A stretch of 64,000 bases of DNA, taken from positions 6,686,193 to 6,750,192 of the forward strand of contig CM082595.2 in the NCBI GenBank assembly GCA_040954595.2, in the 5' to 3' direction. Source of the stretch: Balanoglossus misakiensis (Eukaryota > Animalia > Hemichordata). Position 1 is the first letter of the stretch; every line of letters begins with the position of its first letter. The position numbers and the translations under genes were made by a program. The notes under the pieces are model-generated. The model did no database searches. It saw only the letters and a list, made by a program, of their open reading frames with translations, and was not told the DNA's origin. This document shows, piece by piece, positions 26,504 through 36,293 of this stretch.

Positions 26504-29371
26504 TCGACGACGACGACAACAACCCTAAGATATTTACACAACTGTGCCTAAAAGCCATGTACCTGTACATGTTTCACATCAAAAGGTACACCAACGGAAA
26601 ATGGAAACATTCGTATTCAGGTCAAGACAAAACAAACCAGTTTATACAGACACTTACTCCGCTTTTATCGCTTTGACGTCACTGGCTGACAGATACTTCG
26701 GCCGTCTCCGCACGTCACGTTTCACCGACGTCTTCAGATTCTGCTGCGTCATTTGTCCGAAGTGGATGACGTATTCGTTCTCAAGTCCCACGGAAAGCTG
26801 AAGGGAGACTGGTTCGCCCTTCTCCTTGAAGCGTCGATAGCTAACCTCGATCTCCCCGCTTCTAACAGTAGCAGAACCAATTTTGCCCTAGGCGAACAAA
26901 CACACGCGAGAGGAGCCCTTTAACATCCTAACGAAAATGTAGACAATCTTTTGAATTTATGAATGCTTTCTCTGTCAGCGAGCCAGTCTCACACATAGAC
27001 TGAACTTAGGGAAATGGATTAAACTGTCTATTAGAGCAATTCAAGTTCTTTCGAGAGCATTATATGGGTCATGTCAGCGCCTTGAGAGAAATCGCTTCTT
27101 CCAAGTGGTACGTATACATAATATTTCTGTGGCCAGTGTATTCACACGGACTGAAATTCTACGTTGGCGTGAGTACGGCTCTGGTCACTGATAATTCTAA
27201 TTTATGCGGCGCGAAAATATGAATAATTCTCCCTTGAAACAAAAATAAAAAACAATCAAGCATGTCCAAGGAGAGCGATGTGTAACTGCTACTGTATAAT
27301 TTTTTGGCACCGAACTTTGTTTTAAAAGGTCAAATATTGCCTATTATATTATACCAGTATATTGATGGTGTAAATCACGCTATTTGATTGGTCGAGACAC
27401 GACACGTGACCGTGATATATTAGCCATATACCAGTCATATATCATAGTCAAAGAAAATGCCTTTTTAAAATGTTTTATGCAAAGTTTCAATATACTCGCA
27501 TAATATAATAGCAATAAAACACCCCCAGCCATGGTATACCACTCGATTTTGACCAGTTCAACTCCATATACGCTATCGCTCGTGCGTATATGTCGTGAAC
27601 AGGTCAAAATCTCGTGGTATACCATGGCTGGGGGTGCTTTATTGCTTAAGTATTTTCCGGTTATTTTTGTGTGTGCATACACCACTGCTCATTTTCGTTT
27701 TTATTAAAAGGGGACTATTTTATGTCATCCAACATTAACTTGAATTGGAAATAATGCCCACCTGTTCGCCATATTTGCGCCACGCATCACCGTCCTTCCA
27801 ATACCACAGCCACTCCACAGCCAACTTGTTTGGCGGTGTCACTATCGCGGAGGGATACGTCGACAGACGGCGCAGATCCACGACTGTCTTCTGCGCCAGA
27901 TCAATCATCTTCATCTTGTTGAAGTCGGCTATAACCTTTGTTGTCGAATCAGGACTAAAGAGGGAAAAGTATTCAAAGAAATACTGAGCAATTAGTTATG
28001 TTTCATTGAGTACAACAAAACAATAATACTGAGAAAATAGCCAATTCCAAAAGTTGGGAGTTACCCCACCCCAGGTTATTGTACCACGTCTTTGACCAGT
28101 TCACAGCATATTATATGTACGAGGGATAGAGGGTGCTTGTGGACTGAACTGGTCAAAAACGAGTGATACATGTAGACCAAAGCATATGGGGTTATTGCTA
28201 TCTAATATACCAGTACATCCATTGACATATTATATGGGATAAAACATGTACAGAGATGACCTATGCCTGAATTATGACGTCAAACAATGGTATATCAAGA
28301 ATATTATTATATAAGTGTTATATTCGCACCTCGACCAATCAGATCGCTCTATTTCCACAATCAATATATTGATATAGTATTATTCATAACTCATAATGTG
28401 TACTGACCTTATCTGAATTTTTTCTTTACAGACGTCGCAAAACTCGTTTTCCAGAACTTCATTCCACTTCTTTGGTAGAGTCTCCCACCTGTCCTTTGAC
28501 AGAAACTTTTGCCAGGAATACGGTAGGGCGAAATGGAACTGCTTACACCCTTCTCCCATGGGGCATTGTCCATCCAGGTGAGGGAGACAGATCACGGCTT
28601 CTTTGTCAGAGTCTTTCACTTTTGGCGCGTCTTTACTTTTCGGTCGATCTGCGTGTTCCTGTGCCGGCGTTTGGGGTTTCGGAATTGCACCTCCCGCTGC
28701 TGTTTTCTGCTTCGTCTGCTTTTTAGCTGCGGCTGGTTTTTGACTGCTGTCAGGAGCGTCATTAGCACTTGTTGCACCGGCGGAGGCTCGTCGTTCGTGC
28801 GGCTGCAGTTTTTGTGCTTTCCCGCCTTTGCCTTTGCCTTGTTTCGTTTGACCCACCGGTTTCTGGACGTCCTCGGCCTGATGGGCACTCTTTGGGCGAG
28901 TTCTTTTCCTTCCCTTCCCCCCTTTGGCTCTTCCAGATTTCTCGTTTCCCGCTTGAAATCCAGGTACATTCCCATCTGCAGGCAGTTGTGCACTCGCGGT
29001 AGCAGAGTTGCCGCGTTGTTTGCCCTTTCCTTTCTTATTTTTTTGTTTTCCACTCTTGGTCACATTCTTTTCTAACACCGACTCTCCGCCTGCTTGTTGA
29101 CCTATGCAGCTATCAACATCGTCGCCTGGATTGTTGGTTTGTTTATTCTTTCCTCTTCGTTTCGATTTCTGTTTCTTTTCGGCATTTTCTGTCGGCTGCT
29201 CTGACGTGATTGCATCCCCATCCCCTGGTTCGGTTTCCTCAAATTCAACTTCGGTTGTGGTTTCTACGATGCAAGGAGCTTCAATCAGAATTTCGGGTTC
29301 CTCCTCCTCCTCCTCCTGCTCATCCTCCTCATCGTCGTCATCATCATCATCATCATCATTGTCGTCATCGT

Positions 29372-29402
<31 letters not shown>

Positions 29403-31475
29403 AGCAGTGTCGTCGTCTTCAACAGCATCATCATCATCAATGTCAGCAACAGCACAGTCATCATCTTCCTCGTTCGAATCTTCTAACTCAAACTCAAGTG
29501 CTGTTGGGACATTAGTGATGAAGTCGGCAACAAGATCAGCTGGCTTCCCATCGTTCTCCTCCCCTCTATCGGTCAGTGGCTCAAATTCCTTCGTTTCCGC
29601 GTCAATCTCAGACACGCCGATCTCCTCTTGAGGTTCTGTACAGTCACTGACGCCATCTTGGGCGGATGGGATACCTTTCTTCTTATTTCGTTTCTTGTTA
29701 GCTTTTGGCTTTGGGGTCTTCTCAACAACTGTGTCTCCAGCATTTTCCAGGTCACCAGGCGCTGTCTGGTCTGGTTGCCCGCTGGAAAGATCTTTGACTT
29801 CGAATTCGAGACCGAAAACATCAACACTCTCTTCCATGCCAGACTCTTCATCTTCGTCTGTATCGTCGTCTTCTTTGTCACGTGATTTGTCGTCAGTGTC
29901 ACGTGTTTTCTTCGGCGCGAATAGCCCCTTTCGTATGACACTCAATATAGCTGGTTCTGGCTTGGTAGTGTCTATGCCAAATCTCTGAAGAATTCTGCTT
30001 GGTTGGGGATGAAAAAGATGGTGACTGAACTTGCATTTCTTCCCAAACTTACAGGGTGGTCGGCCAGTGGCATATTTTCTGCACAGGTGAAGAAAGTGAC
30101 ATCTATCGCCCCGTGGGCACCCAGCAGGGGAGCTGTACGGTCGACACAACCCGGGCGAAAATTCTCGGACGTCGCTCTGTCTGATTAGAACTTTGATGGC
30201 GTCGGGGTCAAGAAAGGTCATGTTGTGAGACTGCAGGATTCTGCCGTTGTGCGGGTCGTCGTGACATTTGTGAGAAAAGTGGCAGGTGCGACCTTTGGCA
30301 GGATCTTCAAACGGGCATGTCCCCAAAATAAACTGTTTGCAAAGATGGAGGTCTGAGCATGCTGGATTTTTACACCCACCTTTCGATCTGTATTCGTTAC
30401 AGGTACTTAGCGATGTCTGCGTCTCATTCACTCCTGTTTCTAAGGCATTTACACACTCATCTATGTCCTCTTGAACTGCTAAAGATTCGCCGATGGACAC
30501 GTTGACTTCTTGGGTAGGATTTTTAGCTTTCTTTTTATTACGTTTCTTGTTAGCTTTTGCCTTTGAGGTCTTCTCGTCAGAAACGCCTTCAGTATTTTCC
30601 AGGTCACCAGACCCTGTCTGGACCTGTTGCCCGATGGAGAGATCTTTAACTGCGAATTCAAGTTCTCCAATACTCTCTTCTCTTTCATCATCATCATCTT
30701 CTTCGTCTGTCTCGTCGTCTTTGTCACGTGATTTATCGTCGGTGTCACGTGTTTTCTTCGGCGCGGCCAGCCCCTTTCGTATGACACTCAATATAGCTGG
30801 TTCTGGCTTGGTAGTGTCGACGCCGAATCTCTGAAGAATTCGTCTTGGTTGGGGATGAAAAAGATGGTGACTGAACTTGCATTTCTTCCCAAATTTACAG
30901 GGTGGTCGGCCAGTGGCATATTTTCTGCACAGGTGAAGGAAGTGACATGTATCGCCCCGTGGGCACCCAGCGGGGGAGCTGTACGGTCGACACAACCCGG
31001 GCGAAAATTCTCGGACGTCGCTCTGTCTGATGAGAACTTTGATGTCGTCTGGGTCGAGAAAGGTCATGTTGTGAGAGTGCAGAATACTGCCGTTGTGCGG
31101 GTCGTCGTGACATTTGTGAGAAAAGTGGCAGGTGGTTCGACCTTTGGCCGGATCTCCGAATGGGCATGTCCCCAAAATAAACTGTTTGCAGAGATGGAGG
31201 TCTGAGCATGCTGGATTTTTACACCCACCTTTCGATCTGTAGTCGGTACACAGGCTCAGCGATGCTGTCACGCCCACGATGAAGCCATTTCCTTCTCGTT
31301 CAAGCGTGAACATATGGCGGCGCTGTAAAAAATAGATTTCTGGTTTTGCATCCCCGAAATATTCGGCGCATTTGGCGGAACCCAGGGCTCGCACAAGCTG
31401 CGAGGAGTGTACGCTGCCTCCGTACAGTCTACAGATGACTTGAACCAAATGCTGCACTATTCTTTCGTCGTCCAT
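25301..31475 (-). CDS. PARP12: PARP12/ZAP-like CCCH-WWE-PARP protein, paralog B (~1390 aa; duplicated four-finger array, 9 CCCH fingers, acidic and Lys-rich linker)
   Basis: Minus-strand exons 31475-28408, 27954-27762, 26887-26658, 26373-26128, 25736-25301 (4173 nt, in frame), with the same intron phases as A and C. PARP domain LFHGT / GKGSYFA / MFFARVLVG / IFVIFE..QAYPEFII. Confidence 0.92.
26417..26521. repeat. Compound trinucleotide microsatellite (ATC)n-(AAC)n-(GAC)n
   Basis: Seen directly, in an intron of paralog B. Confidence 0.92.
27345..27646. mobile_element. Palindromic non-autonomous repeat (hairpin 27510-27646)
   Basis: AGCAATAAAACACCCCCAGCCATGGTATACCAC...TTTTGACC pairs with GGTCAAAA...GTGGTATACCATGGCTGGGGGTGCTTTATTGCT. 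A related, more decayed copy lies in opposite orientation at ~28037-28380. Confidence 0.7.
28037..28380. mobile_element. Second, decayed copy of the same palindromic repeat family, inverted relative to 27345-27646
   Basis: TTTGACCAGTTCA...TGAACTGGTCAAA hairpin core. The end CTCGACCAATCAGATCGCTCTATTTCCACAATCAATATATTGATATA is a recognisable reverse complement of ~27345-27395. Confidence 0.55.
29680..31265 (-). repeat. Intra-exonic tandem duplication (~850-nt unit x2) of the four-CCCH-finger block in paralog B
   Basis: Unit 1 ~31265-30530 and unit 2 ~30415-29680. TTCGATCTGT occurs at 31231 and 30382 (offset 849). The peptide YRSKGGCKNPACSDLHLCKQFILGTC...CKFGKKCKFSHHLFHPQP...KKRNKKK occurs twice. 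Confidence 0.95.
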
Positions 31476-31624
31476 CGCTGAAGAACGGACAAATTCCAGA
31501 CGAGAACGGAGATGCGCGGAGGAGAACTCAACCGATATAACAGAGCCTCGTTTTCAAAATTCGGAGAAAGATTGATTCTTCGATATCAAATGACGTCAGA
31601 CGCGCTCAGGCGGCAGGTACGTTA

Positions 31625-33225
31625 GCATTCAAATTTTCAGATGACGGGCAACTTCAACAACGTGGTGCAGACAAAGACTGCGCAGACGAAACTCCATGAG
31701 GCTGACAAGGCACCATACCTGATACATGTTACGTGTCTGGCAGTTCTAAAGTAAAAATATACTCGGAAAATCTTATACTGGATGCCGAAATAGTGGTTGC
31801 CCGTCATCTGGAAATGACAACGCCGTGGGTCACATGGCCAGATCAGGTGATTGATAGTAAAGAATTAGGTCGACCGGTCACCTGGTCGGGTCACATGGTT
31901 AATTACTTGAGTGACGTCATGCCAAATTCTTATTATATATTCCTTATGCTATGTTGATGCCCGGTGATATGGTTGCTGTTAGGAGCATATATCAACTCTC
32001 ATCAAAATGGACATGTGATCATTCAGGACTGAAGTAAAATAATGTAAGCTTAGGCTACACGTGTATTTTCACTTATAGGCCTATATTTATAAAATAGCCA
32101 ATAATATCTTTGAGCGAGCTCCAAATCTTGCCGCCAGCTTTTAACTGAATGTACACAACAGATAATGTGAAAAGGGCTATATATCAAACTTGGGTTGCTG
32201 TATATGCTGATGAGCGCTTCAAATAGACAATCGACGTTAGCTGTGTGTGTGATAGTCAGTTTATAATTAGTAACAGTTCTGGTGTTTATTTTGGGGCCTA
32301 AACCAGTTAATGATAGCAACCAAAGGTATTTAGATCAGGAGCGACCTTTGGTCACCAGAATGACACCACGCGCACGTGCTTGTGACGTGTGGGCCTTCTG
32401 TGACGTGTAAACTTAGTTATATACAGATACCGTTTTATATGAAAAACGTATATATCGGTACATGTATAAGCTTATTGGTAATATTTTGTGGCGTAAGCTT
32501 CTTACATAAATCATGCCACGTATTGAATAATGATGTAGGTCCATACCTATGTTATGTTTATATTTTACCTGAAAATGTAGGGGTGCGTGCTAATAATGAT
32601 TATTTGATATACTGGAGTATGAAATATTGAGATATCCCCTTCCAGACGACATAACTATCACTGAAGATTTAAGCAAACATAGCCTAAATGCAAAAAAAGC
32701 TTCCAAATAAGACAAAGTGAAGCAAGCCTTCGCGTCTTCTAAAATTACTTTATTGAATCTGTGCTAAAATGTTTGACTGATTACAGAATTACCAAATTCC
32801 TCAGTAAAAAAACAGGAAAAACATTAAATACATTACACATGAAAAAAAAAATCTTAGTGAAAGCAAAACTTGCAATTGCTTGTTTGCATTGACGTCATAA
32901 CGCATTATACTCGCACTGACTACTGTAGTATGCATCCAGTATAAAATCATGAAAATCTGAAGATAGGCATTCTTCGAAGTCAAATTGGCATTCACATTTC
33001 CAGATGAAGGGCAACTTCAACAACGTGGTACAGACAGAGTGCAGACAAAATGCCAAGACGCTGCTAAGGGTGCACCATACCTGATACATGTTACGTGTTT
33101 GGCGGTTCTAAAGTAAAAACAAACTCGGAAAAACTTTTACTGGATGTCAAAATATTGCTTGCCCGTCACCTGGAAATGACAACGACATGGGTCACATGGC
33201 CAGATCACGTGATCGATAGTAAAGC
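31625..33225. repeat. ~240-bp diverged direct repeat (31625-31862 and ~32988-33224) upstream of paralog B; candidate duplicated promoter/first exon
   Basis: Shared blocks GGGCAACTTCAACAACGTGGT, GCACCATACCTGATACATGTTACGTGT and CTGGAAATGACAACG..TGGGTCACATGGCCAGATCA..GATAGTAAAG. Each copy has a minus-strand donor CAG|GTATGG (exon ends at 31719 and 33081). Confidence 0.8.
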
Positions 33226-34321
33226 ACATCTCGTAACGATCGGAAATCATATTTTGTCTTGGGTAAGCTTTGATATTAAATTCGACATGATTTAATACTA
33301 AAAAAAGAAACCACGAAAATGAATGACTTGTCACGTTATTGGAAAGTAACAAAATGATACGTAGATCATGTTCAAATCCATACTTAATACGTCATTATAC
33401 CGAAATTATTCCCTCTATCTTAATTTTTTGTAAACTGGGGCTCGCCGATTACTAGTACCCTGCGTTACAATTTTGGAAATATCATTTTACATGGTTTGAA
33501 CACAAGTATCTGGGTACTGAGGTTTAAATCAGTAAATAAGATGTAACACGCAACAGTTAATTCTGCAAATTCGTTATGTAAAATAAAAACCAGTGTATAC
33601 AACTGAAATCTGATTATATAATTGCTAAAATGTTGGATGATCGACGTTTGTGTTGGAGACGCTACCGATATCGATCATCTTAAATGTGTACGTCGAACTT
33701 TTGACGGGGACGAATGTGTGCAGATTGATTTTCCCGCTATTTCCTCTGAACATGTTAAGAGGGAATTATGGGTGAAAATTGCATATTCATTGCCTTTTGC
33801 AGGCTACTCGTCACGTGATGAGTTTTTTTGTTTTTATTATTTATTTTTGCCTTTTATTTCTTTTTTGTTTTGTTTGTGCCCCTCTTTCACCCGTGGTCCT
33901 CATTTTTCTTATTGCTTTTTGCAAAGAGGTTGGTCTGGTTTGGATATACCAACTTGAATGCATAGTAAGGTCAGTTGTTTCTATAAGACTACAAACTGTT
34001 GCATCTTGTATGATTTTTATGATAGTTAAAAACGGGGGCATAAGGTACGTTGAACTACATGTTAAGTACACCATATTTTTTGTTTTTCTGTCGAGTTAAC
34101 CGACGCAGTTTACTTTTGTCTTTTGTTTACCATTTTCGTTTTTTCTTCAATGATTTATTTACAATATACATACACACATGTTTCTATAAAACTTATAAAA
34201 TATTATTCTTGTCACACTAAAGTTAGACTTTTGTTAGCTTCTGTTTACTATATTTCAAAATTGAATATACATATTGGGAATTACGTAGACAGGCTATGTT
34301 TAATGTATACCAGAAGTGTGG

Positions 34322-34448
34322 TCTCTCTCTCTCTCTGTCTATCTGTCTCTCTCTCCCTCTCCCTCCCTCTCTCTCTCTCCCTCTCTCTCTTATAAGCTTT
34401 CCCCCTATCTCTCCTCTCTGTTTCTCTCTCTTCTCCCCCCCCTCTCTC
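34322..34448. repeat. (CT)n-rich polypyrimidine microsatellite
   Basis: Seen directly, downstream of the paralog C stop codon. Confidence 0.85.
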
Positions 34449-34646
34449 GTTTTTCGGCAACTATACATAAAAGACTAGAAACTACTTGAGTGCACACCCA
34501 AGAAATACTGTTTTAACCACTGTCTGTGGATTGCAAAGACATCATGCAAAACCCATCGCTCATATATCAACAGATCCACAATGAGTGCATTGGTGACATT
34601 TTCCTCCGAGGACAAGTATCATTAACAATCAACAGCCTATGCCTTT

Positions 34647-36222
34647 CTATTTATACGATATCATGAACTCTGGGTAGGCTTGACTGTTGTCGAAAATCAC
34701 AAATATGCCGGGGTCGTTTGCGTCGTTGACGCATGCGTCGTACGTGTCCCCGTAGGGCTTGCTGGGGTCTCGCGGAGGGGGCTTGACGAGGGAGCTCTTG
34801 CCATTGGCGTACGTACCCACCAGAACCCTCGCAAAGAACATGTGGCGGACGCCGTCTTTATCCGGCTGTGTGTAGTTGCGAGAGTAGCTTGCGTCGCGGG
34901 CGAAGTAGCTGCCTTTCCCGTATGCGGTGCCGCTGCTGGTTCCGCTGACCCTCCAGTCGAAGTTCTGTTGGCAAATTGCGTCGAGGAACTCGCTTCTCGT
35001 GCCGTGGAACAGCTGACGCTCATCGACTGGTTTCCCCTGATTTTTCTTCTTCATCCATTCCCCTTTCCTAAACAGAAGTTGAATACAGATATTTTTTTTA
35101 ATCTTGCACGTATCAGAAGTTCGTGAGACAAGTCTTATCGAAAGTACGATATCTAATACCACGGGGGTGCTTTAACTCTACATCCGAAGCTGAGGACAAA
35201 ACATCGTATCGCAACCACATACCTTCGATATACGGATGCAATTTCTCGGTAAAGGTCACTAATCAGGGATCGATTTATCGGGTGGTACTGACCTTTTAAA
35301 GTTTTCCCACAATTCTCTGTTCTGCACTCGTACAATTCTGACGACCTTTCCACGTTCCATCGTCTCCCGAAACGCCTCGACGACCTCCTTATAAGTGGAC
35401 GCCGTACTCCCTCTCTTCTCCAACTCCGCCAATTGAAAGTCTCCATAGTCGTCAGCTGATCTGTCCCACTCGGCGGGAAAGATGTCGTCAACTGCATGTC
35501 TCGCTCCGCCGGCGGCGCCGGTCATTGCAACGCCGGCCATAGCTAGCCATTTTGACTTCGGCGTCCTGTTTTGGAAAATGTACGATAGCTTCATTGATCG
35601 AGTTAAAGCGATTATCAACTATGGCATGAATATACCATTTTTCGAACCATGCGAGACACTACGAGATTTCGCTTTGCGAGTTTTTTTTTCTTCTTAAAAA
35701 AACATCCGATAACGTTTTTTGTCGGAGAGAAAGTTCAGGCCATTCCGACTTGCCATGTGACACAGCCCAGTGGAGAAACGTTGGGTACGCCGATAGTCAA
35801 AATGCATGCAATAGAATAAAACAAACATGCGATGGGAACAAACTCTCTACCTTTTAAGAGTCTCAATTTGGTCCTCGGACAGAAATTTCGGTCTGCGGCG
35901 AACATCTCGTTCTGTCTCGTAGTCTCTGTTCTCTTGCAGCATTTCGTCAAAACTCAGAATGTACTTCTGCTTGCCAGCGGTGAACTTCACTGTCTCGGCA
36001 CCGACATTGTCCTGCCACTCCAGGTACGCCTTCTCGAGGTAAGTACTGTCAACGGTTGCTGCAGGGGGGCGGGTCTGAATGAATGAATGAAAGAATGAAT
36101 GAATGAATGAATGAAGAAATACACAAATAAATAAATTAGTAAATAAATAAAAAATAAATAAATAAATAAATAAATAAAAATAAATAAACAAATAAATAAA
36201 AATAAATAAATAAATTAGTATA

Positions 36223-36293
<71 letters not shown>

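Noticed and set aside
26185-26551. ORFs with poly-V/M/T/I runs
   Set aside because: Translations of an intronic trinucleotide microsatellite.
28472-31209. Many + strand and shifted-frame ORFs (poly-S, poly-H) over paralog B exon 1
   Set aside because: Antisense shadows of the acidic and repeated coding region.
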